Shown here: in pieces, positions 1 through 12,829 of the stretch
Layout of the letters: every line of letters begins with the position of its first letter
How positions within the stretch are numbered: the stretch's first letter is position 1
Assembly: GCA_973895155.1 (NCBI GenBank)
Contig: OZ316892.1
Span: 26,745,233 to 26,809,232 of the forward strand
Direction: 5' to 3'
DNA length: 64,000 bases
Origin: Marsupella aquatica
Taxonomy: Eukaryota; Plantae; Marchantiophyta
The notes under the pieces: generated by a model
What the model was told of the DNA's origin: nothing
Databases searched by the model: none
What the model saw: only the letters and a program-made list of their open reading frames with translations
Made by a program: the position numbers and the translations under genes

Positions 1-3000
1 CCTTTTTTCCTACAAAAGACCAACTGACAACTGTGATTGGCCCTCTTAATTTCCATCAAATGTCTCTGCAGCTTCTCTAGCGAGTCTGTGCACTCAATGC
101 TTCAAATTTTCTTGTGGTTAAAACCGCGGCTGCCCAATTACGGAGTGTGTGAAAGGAGGGATGGATGGGAACCCTAAGACAGTCCCCTTGAAGAACCCAG
201 ATGAGATGGCACCTCACCAGTTGCCTGGCTAAATCTTGACCCGGCTCAGGGCTGTCTTCCAGGCTATTTGGTGTGCATCGATGGGAGTGTGATAAGACAG
301 CAGCCCATTCAAGCACGAATCAAACCAATAGGTAACATTGTGCTCATTACCATACAAATTCTCAATGTTTCTTGGAGGCATTGGAATTTAGACTACGTTG
401 TCACAACTTCTAGCATGAGATCACATGTCTCACTATGCTACATTGTATTATCTCCTATTTTTCCTCAGTGAAGGGGAGATAACCTGGGAAAACCCCAATG
501 AGACCAAAGAGAGAAAAATCCCGAGAGTCCCCAAGAATGACTAAAACATTAATCCCTCCTGAGGAACAAACTGAAAAGCCTGGTAGAGCTCCCAAACCCC
601 ATAGGAGGGTCCCGAAGAGAAATTTGTCCACAACCCCTAAACCCAACAGCATGGGCCCTAATAAGCACCATGAGATTCTCAACCTAAGTTCAACGGAATT
701 AGAGAAGTGAGTTAGAGGGGACATACATAGAAGCCCATACAAATGGGTCCCAACATCTTAGTTATTCCTTCCTATGAGTATCTTTTCCAAAGTCAGGCTG
801 CTAATCCTCGTCTTTTCAGGTGAGCTGTATTGTTAAACTTCATATATATATATATAAGTTGTTTGGTTCCATAATTACATAGTTATAGCTAACAATTTAG
901 CTCGAAAAATATCTAGGCGCATGTGAAGTAGCGCTTCCAATCTTCTAGTTCTGTGCTCTGGTTAGTCTGGATGGCTGATGGGCCAGCTTTGAGCTTGTTT
1001 CGGCCCTGCAACTTATTTTTCCTGCTACAAAATTAAGGGTTTTCCCTTGCCTTAGTATGAGGTCCACCGCCTGCCACAAGCTTGGTTTCCCTTTCAATTG
1101 TAGTTCTGGCCTCTCATATTTTGAGATAATTTTTGTGTAGTTGAGACTCATTTAGCAAAGTACATTATTTTCTAATTCGCATTAAATCTAGCTAGAAAAG
1201 TTTGAAAAGGAAGCTACACTTCAGGGCTAGAATGAAGACTCAAGACCCTAACTCTTGGGGAGACTATTAACAACTATTAACATTCGAAGCACACTTTTAA
1301 CATGGGAAGCATGGGCAGTTACTCTTGCTGGTCTAAAGAGTCATCCTCCTCCCCCCACTATGACGCCCACCCCACTACCTTTCCTAGGTATACAGCAGTT
1401 ACAACTGTAATATCTAAGAAATAAGGATCCCATGTTATACACGAGGAGGAAAAGGTACATTGTTATGTTTTTCTTCAAAGAGGTACACTATTAAATGCAT
1501 CTGATCATTACAAATAACATGAGTGGAAGAGAAAGAGTTGGGAAGTGAAGCAGGTGCCCCACGTGCCCCTCAATTCAGAGGTTCCTGCCAAATCGACAAC
1601 TTTTCCAAATTAACAAATACTCTTATGAAAAATGAAGAATTTACAGGAGGTATTTCACATGAGAACAGGCCACTCAGCAGTTGACTGTGACATTCCATGC
1701 AGCCTTTGAATGCGTGCCTGATACAATCTGAAATCCTGTGTTTCGATATTCCTTGGGGAATTTCTCTCCTTTTCTTAATATACACAAATCTGAAATGCAG
1801 AGGATATACCTCAGTATATAAATCACTGTCAACGAACAATAAAAAGGAGATAGATCACAATGGCACAAAAACTCATTGAAGCAGGAAAACAATAGAAAAC
1901 TCCTGGAAAAGGCTTGGGAAAAAGAGTCCCAACCCCGAAAAGATCTACTCTGTTTACCGTAATTAGTATCATAACTTATATAGTCTCCCTGCATAAATAG
2001 TATCACACACACTAATAAGGGTGTGACTATAAATCTAAAAAAATATAAATATTAGTACAAGTAAAGAGTTTAGTCTATTGTCATTGGTTCTAATTTGATT
2101 TTGATTGTATTTATAACCTGGTTTTCATTTCATCATACTTTAATGAAATTTGATTTTCAATTGACATTCATTTTTAATTTTATACGCCATTACAAATATA
2201 TCTTACTACTAGAAATATTTGTAGTTTTCATAAGCTATATACATAATATGTGTTCATCACACACTATTTGAGTGTCACCAAAAATAATCTCACTTACTCT
2301 AATTTAGAATAACATGTATTTAGTTTCACTTCTTATATAGTCTCACACACATTAATTATGGTGACAGTTTTCAAAAACTTTTGTTCCCAAATACTGTGTG
2401 TGAGAGTAATTACGGTAATCAGTGTAGAGCCCTATTGAGCCACACAGTGAAAAGTCTGGCAGAGATCTGGGGTAAATTGAATAGGAGGGTCTAACAAAGA
2501 GGTAGATGACCCGCTCCAAACAGTGGCCAGCTAAACATATCATTACCAAAGAACCAAAGTGCCAAACTGGGAAAGACTTGCTTCATTATTTTAAATTCCA
2601 GAAAATATCCCAATACCCAAACACTATATTCTTGTTTTTATTTTTCAAATATGCTACACTGAAAGTCATTGTTTACATCAAAATGCTCAGAATATACTTT
2701 GAATTTGTATCATAAAATTATTTAGAGGTTTCACAAATTGTCATTGATCTAGAATTAATAGCTATTTTTTGTGTACTTATCTGAAACACCAGAGATTAAG
2801 CCCAGATGGAGCAAGAGCTTTATGTTGCGTATCCCCATGGACTGTTTAACATGCTACCTCACTTTACACTGTCCCAAAATTCACACTGATCTGCTACTTT
2901 GGAAGTTACAATGCTTTACTTTGAGAAGGTTGCCCAAGTAGTATTTCCAGAGTCCCCCCACCAACAGGAAAATGCAGATTTTTGGCAGACCTGTGCATCT

Positions 3001-4129
3001 GGTTTTCTGCCAGCTTGTGCATTTATTTGGATAACCTTTGGGATATATGTTTAAGCTCAAATTTTTTGGACATGCTCTTTGATTTCCATTCTGACTATTT
3101 CCTTGCAAATTTGAGAATTTTGGAGATCATTTCTCCATCGCCGATGAGTGCAAAATGGTCAAATGTTAGAAATGAACTGCCAATTATAGATGTTCGACTT
3201 TTGTAAAGGACACTCAATGAGTACTTTGCGGATGAGCAAAAACTTACCACTTTGAGCAGCAACTTACCACTCTCGGGAGGGGCGCAGGAGAAAGAGTTTG
3301 TGTATGAGAAGCAATTACCACCACATCTACCAATGGAAACCAGCTGCAAAGAGTCAGGAGCCTGTTTATAGCTCACATTTTGTGTCAAGACTATAGGGAG
3401 TGCTATCTGAGAATTTTTTGATGTTCTAAGTCAGTCCATTCCAGCTATAAAATTACACTAGGGCTTCACAGCAAACCCTCATCCTGGCCGGCTTATTATT
3501 TAGGACACCAGCTATTTATCACATTGGCTCTCAAAAGGGAAGAGACCCCATAAAGGCGAGGGGGCAAGAGAGGGACATAACCAGTTGTGGGATCCACAGC
3601 AAAAACTTTTAAGTGCCACCTGGGCCCATCGTATATACCATCTTATATTCCAAGTAGCCAATGCCTACCCTGCTAAAGTATTTGCCACTTTTGGCAAACC
3701 TTAACCAAGTTTGGTTTGCCTTTTATTAGCCAGTTTTCCACCTACAGTAGTCACGAACTCTATTAACCAGAATCTAAGGATTCTCCTTAAATCTAGGGAA
3801 ATCTGTAGTTAAAGAATTAATCTAAGAAATAAGAAATGAAGCATTTTTAGCATCTTCTCCTTCACGCAAGGTGGATTAGATAAGGTCTATTCTTAGCATT
3901 TTCTGCTTCACCCCAAGTGATATCCGTGAGCCGGACAGAAAAAACCGTGAGAAATGAAAACGTAGGTTTGGGGTTGGGCAACAAAGGGTATTCATCAAGT
4001 TGGAAAATAATAATTAGATCTTGGATACCCTAGGAATCATATAGTTTTCAATCAATGCGGCTCAACTCCAGTTCCATAACAAAATATGCAAGAAGTAAAC
4101 CGACAATTGAATATTGTTCCAGAAACACC

Positions 4130-4400
4130 TTGGGAATGGCTTTTTTGGCTCACATCCAGTTGTACGTAAGAATCCACTAGCCAACTTTCCGGTAAACTAT
4201 TGGGGCTAACTTTTTTGGCTCAAATCCAGTTGTAGTAACGAAAAACCCCACTAACCTGACAACTGAATAGCTTTCAAGTAACCCATTGGGAATCACTTTT
4301 TATGGCTCAAATTCAGTTGTAGTAACTGAAAACCCATGATTAAGCTGACACATGAATAACTTTCCAGTGACCCATTGGACTATTGGAGATGGTTTTTTGG
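4130..4400. repeat. degenerate ~70-87 bp tandem repeat (3-4 copies)
   Basis: TTGGGA..CTTTTTTGGCTCA(C/A)ATCCAGTTGTA recurs at ~4130, ~4200 and ~4287, with a degraded copy near 4375. Confidence 0.7.
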
Positions 4401-5009
4401 CAGAAATTGATTGGATTTGGTCAACATAGGTTTGCAGACTTAGACCAACCCAGAAACAGTTTGAGATCCTCGTAGTGAATTAAAGTCGAAGCACAAAGTT
4501 CAGAATGAACAAGCTGGCTCGTCGATGAGTGACCTGCAAAGAGCAACCCACGTGTACCACTCCAATGAAAATTAAAAAAAGACCTGGCGCTTGTTGTATT
4601 CAATTGTAGTCACTGTAGTGAGAATTGAAAAATAATAGGGACTAGATTTCCCCGACAAAGAATCAGCATGTGCTGATGTGCATCTTGTCTGTCAAGCTCC
4701 GTCCTGCCTTTCTAACACGATGGGTGCCTAGCCATGAGAGTCAGATACTGTGCTGGTGAATGATCGTGTCCCAGACGAGGGAGAGATCTCATATCAGACA
4801 AGCTACAGCTGCAAAGACAGAGATGCATACTCAGTAAAGTATCCGTTGGAGATTTATTAAACGAAAAGAGAAGACAGAGATGCAAATGTATGAACCGGTC
4901 AGCAAGCTCAAGCTTACTGACAGTCCTGGACATGGCAACTGGAGGGCACGAGTGTTGTTCACTTGTTCATGCCCAGCTGAGCGCCTCGGTTGGCACTGGC
5001 AAAACGACC

Positions 5010-6530
5010 TTAGCTGGCAGAGGCAAAAGGAATCGTAATAATAATAGTCCTTTTCTGGGAATCGAAATCATACGCACACAACAAAGGGTAGCTGGACCTT
5101 CCCTCTGGTTCTAGAAGCACGAGTTTTTCAGATGGAGAAAGACCTCACTCCAATACTGTACCAGCCTGTCGTCATTAATTGCTCCCGGAACTTTCCTCTA
5201 GTCCAAGAAGCGCGAGGATGATTTTGAGATAAAGACCTGACTTTCAGTGTAAGCCTGTCGTCATGAATTGCACATAGACAATGTGCCCAAACGCCTCCCA
5301 CAGCCAATTAAACATGCTTTGACAATAATAATAAAGGGCAGAGTCTGTCCACGATAGCTCACCCGTAGCCTCTTTCGTACTCACGGTCCCCTCCTGTCCA
5401 AGTTTGGCCCTGACGGTCAGGCGTTTTTTGATGAGGTCAATCTCGTGCCTGACAAGCATGATTGTGCAGACTGCGAATTTAGTCTCCGACGAGGAATACC
5501 CCATAAGTCTAGAAGTCATGGCATGCCTGTCCGGCACATTAGGATCAGAGATTCTGTGCAGCTCGACTGTGGGCATTGAGAAATGTGTTCCCCCCCTGAA
5601 ACAGTGGAGCCCAGGAGCCCCAAAGAGATGGAGGAGAGGGAGGTACACCACCCGATCGAGATTTGTCAGATATGTCTGTTTTCACCGGTACAGCTCGTTC
5701 GCAGTGTGTGGGTCTTGGAGAATCCATTCTGCACAAACAATCTGATAGAATCAAACATACTGCTCTAGCTGAGTTCCAAAGTCGTAGAAAGTTTCAAAAG
5801 GCTCAAATTGAAAGTTAACGCGATGAGTTAACGATTCTACCTTCCCATATTTCCCTCATTCGATCGTATCCAGCCTCTCAGACATTTGTGTTGGTATCCG
5901 ATGTCCGTCCATTATCGAGGAGTGAAATATTCTATTCCAATGTGTATCAATCCTGGCAGGGGTGCAGTCGGCGGCTTTGAATAGCTTGATGATTACTACC
6001 TCTCTATCTTCCTGTATGTTATCAGATATTATACATTGGCGATTGGTTTTCCTGTGTGCATCCGTCATCCGTCACATCTTCTCATTCCATCGAACGGATG
6101 TGAACTTCATGCTGACTCTGTTCTTCTTAGAATCGAAATCGTACGAACGACGAAGAGTAGCTGGACATTTCCTCTGGTCCTAGAGGCACGACTAATTTGT
6201 AGATGGAAGAATCAGTTCACGCTTGTCGTCAAAGGATGGTTATTGGGCATATCTATTGTGTGAATTAAGCACAACCGATCTCGACATGTCTGGCTATTAA
6301 CTCTCTCATTCGATTCATCAAGCTTGAGGACTTCTCCTTACATTCAGAACATTCACAGGATTTTGAGTGAGAGCATCTCTTGTTATTTGATTGTCAAGCA
6401 GATTTTTGTCCCTCGCATCTCACGATGTTTTCTTGTGAGTTTGCAGAAGCAATGTGGCTACGGAGGATCTTTGACAAAATCTTCAGTTGTAGGCAGACAA
6501 GATGATCAAAGGAGGACCGAACGAGCTTGT
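5010..6530 (-). pseudogene. decayed F-box-like gene remnant(s)
   Basis: Minus-strand fragments: SSFDHLVCLQLKILSKIL near 6470-6520 resembles an F-box start; WEAFGHIVYV near 5270-5300. Two similar C-terminus-like blocks (5059-5148 and 6130-6220) encode AYDFDSQKR and SYDFDSKKN. Many stops and frameshifts. The family call is inference. Confidence 0.3.
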
Positions 6531-6663
6531 CATTGTGACGATTATTGTGACGATTGTTGAAGTGGCCCGAGCAGTCATATAGAAAAAGGAACGAGGTCTA
6601 TCCGATGATCCGTATCGCCCTTCCAGAAAACCATTGGGCTGAATTCTCCCACAATGGTCCGTT

Positions 6664-6822
6664 CTTTCTCGAGAGCTGGTAAGGAAAAACCATAAGTTCA
6701 GGCAATGTTCAACTCTTTCTCGTGAGCTGGTAATGAAAAAAACCACAAGTCAAGGCGATTTTCAGCTCTTTCTCTAGAGCTGGTTAGGAAAAGACCATAA
6801 GTTGAGGCGAATTTCAGCTCAC
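6664..6822. repeat. ~55-60 bp tandem repeat, 3 copies
   Basis: CTTTCTC..GAGCTGGT.A.GAAAA.ACCA.AAGT..AGGC.AT.TTCA.CT occurs three times. Confidence 0.75.
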
Positions 6823-7011
6823 TTTCCAACTGATTAGTGTGGCTTGCTCAGCTACACCAACCTCACCCATTAGGCCGAGATCATCTGTAATCCCGGCTCT
6901 AATCAGTTCTTCTGGTTAGAGGACGATCAACATTGATTTCAGTCTAATACTCCCTGGGATGCAGGGCCAATGGAGTGGCTTGCTACTCCGGCCCCGCAAG
7001 TGACCCCCTTG

Positions 7012-7650
7012 AGGCAGGGCACCCTACAGGGGCGCTCCCCATCTCCCTAACAGGGGGACCAATTTAATTCAAACAGCATTAAGCCTAAAACCCCGAGCCC
7101 TAAACCTCATCAACATTGCAAACGAGCCCCAAAAGGAACTGAACTAATGCTTCACTTAACCTTAAACAGGGTGAACCTCATACCAGGCAGGGCACCCTAC
7201 AGGCGCTCCCCACCTCCCTAACAGGTGGACCAATTTAATTTGAATAGCATTAACCCTAAAACCCCTGACCCTAAACTTCAACAACATTGCAAGGACCGAG
7301 CACCAAAAGGAACTGAACTAATTCTTGATAATTTGACTTAACCTTAATCAGGGTGAACCTCATACCAGGCAGGGCACCCTACAGGCACTCCCCACCTCCC
7401 TAACAGCTGGACCAATTTAATTTCAATAGCATTAACCCCTTACCCTAAACCTCATCAACATTGCAAGGAAGGAGCACCAAAAGTAACCGAACTAACTCTT
7501 TGATAATTTCACTTAACCTTAAACAGGGTGAACCTCATCAGCGATAGAGCATTGCAATGTATGAGCACTAGAAGTAACCGACCAAAATCTACCCTCATCA
7601 GCACTAGAGCATTGCAATGTATGAGACTAGAAGTAACCGACCAAAATCTA
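7012..7650. repeat. ~175-180 bp tandem repeat (3 copies) followed by a ~59-bp duplication
   Basis: AGGCAGGGCACCCTACAGG...CTCCCTAACAG...GACCAATTTAATT starts at ~7012, ~7185 and ~7366. CCTCATCAGC..TAGAGCATTGCAATGTATGAG..CTAGAAGTAACCGACCAAAATCTA then occurs twice (7533-7650). Confidence 0.85.
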
Positions 7651-9887
7651 AAGAGGATGAACCCTGTCAGCAATCTTCCTCAACAAGAGGGCCTTCATTC
7701 AGAGCACTTGCGGTGTTCGGTTCGCCGAAAGTCACACTAGTTCTGTGGTTGGAGTTTCCGACAAAGCGGAGAGCTTAAGGAACTGTCCAGGTTTTTGCGT
7801 ACTGGTTTTCGTGTTAGCTGGTTTTCGTGTTAGTAACGCTCCGGAACAAGTGAGCAAGTCTGTTCACGTCCACATTCCACAATGCAGGGCTTTGAAAAAA
7901 TGAGCAACATCGCCATTCATTTAATCTACAATACCGAGCTTTGTAAAGAAGAACAAGTTTGTCATTCATTCAGGCCACTATAAACAGCTTTGAGAACACT
8001 ATTCGTGCAATTGTGAGCTAGCGCTGGAAGGTGTGTTACACTCATGGACATGCCTTGTAGGGGCCCAGGTGTTCTGGCCAGAGCTTCACGGCATTTGTAA
8101 ATATAGTACAGGTGCACCAAAATGGAAAGTAAAAGCATGACTGCTAGAAATATTGAGATACTTCAATCAGTGTATGATGAAGCACTGCTTGATGCCCAAC
8201 AGGGTTTTATGTATGAAGGTGACACAATCTGTAGATGGTTTGCTACGAATCTATTATCGCAACGATTCCTTTAACTAAGCGACTGTCCTCTTCCTTCTGT
8301 GAGCAGAGTAAAGCCAAGAGTCGAACGACCTACATTACTGGTTCACTAGCCCGAGCCTGACTTGACCTCTGGGATGAGAAATCTGGGGGAGTACAAGCAC
8401 GGAATTCTGTCGTCTTTACAAATTAGGGAGTATTGCGGGGAATTGTGCAACCAGGAGATGAAGACAAGGACAAGGACGATTGTCTAGCTACAAGCTAAAG
8501 GAGCTGCATTACAGGATTACAATTGCGAACACTAAGAGTTCTGTATAAGTAGCCGGTCTTGCATGACCTGATTTCTGAACATTTGGGTTGACCGTTGCTA
8601 TGGTTCCCTTTCAATAAAAGTGGAAAATTCTTCTACGAGAACTGTGTTAGATGATTTGAGTATGCTGGAGTGTAAGCTGATTAATCTCATACCATCAATT
8701 TGTCGATTTCCTCCAAAATTGGGCTCAGGTTCTATCTAGACTTTACCATCTATCACCCCACCGTCTCATTAGTTTAGCACATCGTTTTTTTATCATACTG
8801 TATGCGCCTTCTATAACATATCTGCCTATCTACAACGACTGGGATGGCTCACAGAGATTCCCGGAAGACCCCATAATCAACCACAAGTTGACCACTTCCA
8901 ACACCATTGTCCTAGCCCACAGTACATTATACAAAAATTTCATGTAATGGTCTCGTCCAACAGATAACTCATGAATATGGCGCTCAAATCTTGTCATCTT
9001 GCTAGTGCATCTCTCAGGATAATCAATAAGTTGATCACTTCCCTGATGGAAAATTGAAGACAATGAGTGTCACTTGACCACTAGGTTAAATGTTGAGGTT
9101 TCAGAGGAGACGGCCTTGGTAACCATAATTGTCTATAGCCACCACTTCCATTTCCAGAGCACATATTGAGATTACATCCATTTCAGGGGGTGAGCTCCGG
9201 GTTTTCAACTCTAAGAAATCAGAATTGTGAGATGAAACGTTAACTATTCCCCTCACATCAGAGGATGTGAAATTAACTCTCCATGATAACATTCTCTTCA
9301 GGTGATGCTCGTTTGGAGGCTTTGCAAGAATTTTAGATTCATGATGATTGAGCATATTTTGAGCTTTTTTGAGTACTAAGAGGGAAACAGAGGAAATCAG
9401 GAGTCGAGGAGACAACCAGCGGATTCAGTCTGTATTTTCTAAAAAGACCAGTCTGATGTAGATTGATTGCACGTTTTTCTAAAATTCCGGGTGCATAGTT
9501 TAGTCTACATTGGTGCAATATTTGGTCGCATTAAAATTGGAAGAATTGCTGTGTTGTATCTCTTCTCGGAATTCAATGAGGCTGACAGCGCTGGTCAGCT
9601 CTGCCTAATATAAGACGGAAGACTCCATGGCGATAACCCCTGCGAGTTGAACTCAAGCTTAAAGTTTCACATAATTGGTTATCCGTTCTCTCTATCCTGT
9701 TAGTCTTTACAACTCAAGGTGCTAGGACTTTGCATTTCTTCCGGATGCAGATATCGGATCTAGTCTCTCTGCAGAACATGATTTGTTCGCTCCGTTCTGC
9801 CTAACCCCCAAATGCTATTCCCACCTTGAGGCTTTGATGGTTGATTAATTTCTCCTTTCTCAGTAGTTTTGTGGGCCCCTCAAACTT

Positions 9888-10043
9888 GGACTTCCACTAC
9901 TGAAGGCAATGAGTCCTGTCTTTCAGTGTTTAATGTCCTACGTCACAACACGAAATTACATTGACGGACTTCCACTGCAGAAGGCAATGAGTCCTCTCTT
10001 TCGTTGTTTAATGTCCTCCGTCACAACACGAAATTACATTGAC
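9888..10043. repeat. ~78-bp tandem duplication
   Basis: GGACTTCCACT...GAAGGCAATGAGTCCT.TCTTTC..TGTTTAATGTCCT.CGTCACAACACGAAATTACATTGAC occurs twice. Confidence 0.85.
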
Positions 10044-11802
10044 TCGGAAATCATCGTTCATATACAATAATCAATAGTAGAAATGAAACCCAATAATGTG
10101 AGGACGCCCACATTAACGCTAGAATCTACGAGCATAGGAACAGAATACGAAATTGATAGAATTCGATGCTCTGACCGAGTCATTTCAGTTTTGTCTCAAG
10201 CTTCATGCATGGGGCGTGTTTCATTTCGAAACAGCTGATGGCCCAGTGTGGAACATGGAAAGTTTCGTGTTCTGCAGTACCACAAGGTCACTGGGCTTTG
10301 GCAAGGATTCCGGCAGGTTATGTGACCTTTGTTTCGTCACTGGAGGAAATGCTCTGGGAGCGGTGTCCAGGTGTTATCAGCATCGAGGTCAGTGTTCAAA
10401 CTAAAGATCCTAGCTTATGAGAATGTAAAATAATAGTTAGTTTTGTGTATCCAATGTTTTGTGATGAACATCTGCGTAACAAAATCCATATCCAAAGAGT
10501 TGCTCAGATATATGAAGTGGAGATTCACTGAATGTTATGGGCGGAAATCTTTACTACGCCAATGTTTGTTTGAATTGGATAAACGACAGTGAACAGTTGG
10601 TATAGGTGCTTTGTCAATGATCAGCATTTCCTACCAAACTTCAAGCACTTTCGAGCTGTATCTATCTATCGCGGGAATCCGTCCTCCATAACAGCTCTCT
10701 ATCTGATCTCGCTTCTCAGACCATGACCTGGTTGTAAGTGTCCAGCGTTTTTCAGCGACACCGGAGTTTCAGAATAATTCGTACAGAGCATTTCATCAAT
10801 AAGTAGATTGTGTGGACTATCATTGAAAGCTGCTGCGCTCGTCGGTCACATTTTACGTTTCCTGGGGAAGTTGAAAACGACTCAATCAAAACCGTTTGGG
10901 AGCTTTCTGAGTTTTATATTGCCAAACGAAAGCACCAAATTTCCAATGTTACGATTCAAAGCACTAACTTTCAGCTCACATTTCAATTCAGGTGGAAAAC
11001 GGAAGGCACAGTGGCCTAATCAATGCTCTACTTCTCTTCACGGGCATAACCAAACCTCACGTATTCCAGTCCTCAGAAAATTTTCTCTTGTCGTACTTCC
11101 TACTGAGATTCGTTTCATGTTAACAAGTGGCTTCTGGGTTTCCTAGAAATGGCTCGATCTGGCGAAGGGAAGTGTGTTAACGCTCAGCAGTATGTGGACC
11201 ACATTTCAGCCATTGAAACAGTTTTTCTTTCCTCTTCCTCCATTGAAACTGATCACAGCATATGTAGTGTTTCTTGGGTTTGACAGTGAGACGATGGATG
11301 GGATGAAGCAGCCCTCAAAGTTTAAGAATGGTTGCATTGGTGTTGTTTCCTACAGTTGCAATCGCCTTCATCATACAATGTGGGTTTACTAACTTTCTTG
11401 AACTTTGAGGGCGATGGGGTTTGTGACTACGTGGGAATCCTGACTAACAAAATGGAAGATCAATGGGTACTTGATCTTCATGCGAAAGGATTATGTTGGA
11501 GTTGATATCAACAAGAACTTGAGTCTTGACCTATAACTTAGAGATTCAGCTCACCAAGGATCATCAATCTAAACTGTCACATTTCAAGGAAGTAGATTAG
11601 ACGTGTTGAACCCTCACTTTTGACGATCTACAAATTGCCAATATAAATATCCCAGTGGACAGCTTAACTAGGAAATATGATATAATTTATTATTTTTTGG
11701 ACCATACCATTGGATACATGGGGGCATATATAAACAATATAATATGCAATTCCCCTCGTTCTGTCTCGTGGTCTTATTACAAAAATGTGAATCTGGCAGG
11801 AA

Positions 11803-11913
11803 TCTCCTTGCCATTCCAGTAGATGGGCATCAAGTGCTACTGTGCAGCTTTCAGCACCATAATGCTCCTTGCCATTCCATTAGATGGGCATCAAGTGCTA
11901 CTGTGCAGCTTTC
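11803..11913. repeat. ~61-bp-period tandem duplication
   Basis: CTCCTTGCCATTCCA.TAGATGGGCATCAAGTGCTACTGTGCAGCTTTC occurs twice. Confidence 0.85.
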
Positions 11914-12181
11914 CACACCAAACCATTAACAGAAGGGTTGTTGAGCATAAGTATGATGGCCAGGCAGTTTGGCATTGTGGGTCTCAGTGCGTCTATCTGG
12001 CAACTGAATTTCAATGAGTGTGCAAGTTGTCGGGAGGGTGGTGGGTTCGGCACAGAAAAGGTGCACAGTGGCACTGCACAAAATTGCTTATTTCAGGGTT
12101 TAGATTCTCAAGAATTGAGGGGTAACACCACACACTGGGCCTATTTTAATTGCTCTTGTCTGTGAGTCTGGGAAGGTGGGT

Positions 12182-12638
12182 TGTTGAGCATAGACGACGA
12201 TCGCAACGGCAAGCCCATGAACCATCCAACGCACAATAGTCGACACAAGAGATACGTGGTTCACCTCCTTGAGGCTACGTCCACGGGAACACACAAGAGA
12301 GCTTTACTGAACTCTAAGCCCGTCGGCTATACCGAGTCTCCACAGTGTAAGCTCTCCCTATCTCTCAAGTGGCTCCATAACAATGAGCCTTGGTTCTACC
12401 TCTCCAAGCACACATGCCTCTTATGATATAGTGTGCAACTTAGTTGTACCTAACCACATAGTTGTACCTAATCACGTAGTTGTACCTAACCACATAGTTG
12501 TACCTAATCACGTAGTTGTACCTAACCACATAGTTGTACCTAATCACGTAGTTGTACCTAACCACGTAGTTGTACCAACCCACGTTGTTGTACCAACCAC
12601 GTCATACCTAACCTAGACGTAAGAGTAAATACCCAACA
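12182..12638 (-). repeat. 3' LTR of copia element
   Basis: TGTTGAGCAT...ACCCAACA. Matches 17844-18300 except G12322 versus A17984 by visual comparison. Confidence 0.97.
12443..12602. repeat. 18-bp tandem repeat (~9 units) in LTR U3, also in the other LTR at ~18105-18264
   Basis: Alternating GTTGTACCTAACCACATA and GTTGTACCTAATCACGTA units. Confidence 0.95.
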
Positions 12639-12652
12639 ATCTTCCCCTTGAC
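12639..12652 (-). other. polypurine tract (PPT)
   Basis: Minus strand reads ...CAAGGGGAAGAT immediately before the TG of the 3' LTR. Confidence 0.85.
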
Positions 12653-12829
12653 TCTGGTCTAGGGGAGAGTAATACTGCCAATGTATATGATCCCTCAGCG
12701 GGAAGTTCTGGACAGAAACCAAACCGGTTTCCCTCTCTAACTAGAGCAAACCAGAACTAAGCCGTAGCCTAATACATAGGAATGAGGAAGAGCATATATC
12801 AGTAATTACAATGAATGTTTAAGAAAACT

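Noticed and set aside
455-742. ORFs in strand-skewed patches here and at ~27390-27590 and ~29250-29700
   Set aside because: Compositional ORFs that resemble reversed retroelement 3' tails. I could not align them to a family, so they are not annotated.
11937-11949. GTTGTTGAGCATA match to the LTR start
   Set aside because: Only ~12 nt with no extension; treated as chance.
12443-12602. CRISPR-like array
   Set aside because: Units are contiguous with no unique spacers, there are no cas genes, and the context is a eukaryotic LTR.
12383-12616. VVPNHI/VVPNHV repeat ORF, also at 18045-18278
   Set aside because: It is the translation of the 18-bp LTR repeat on the strand opposite to the element. 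No evidence of coding.
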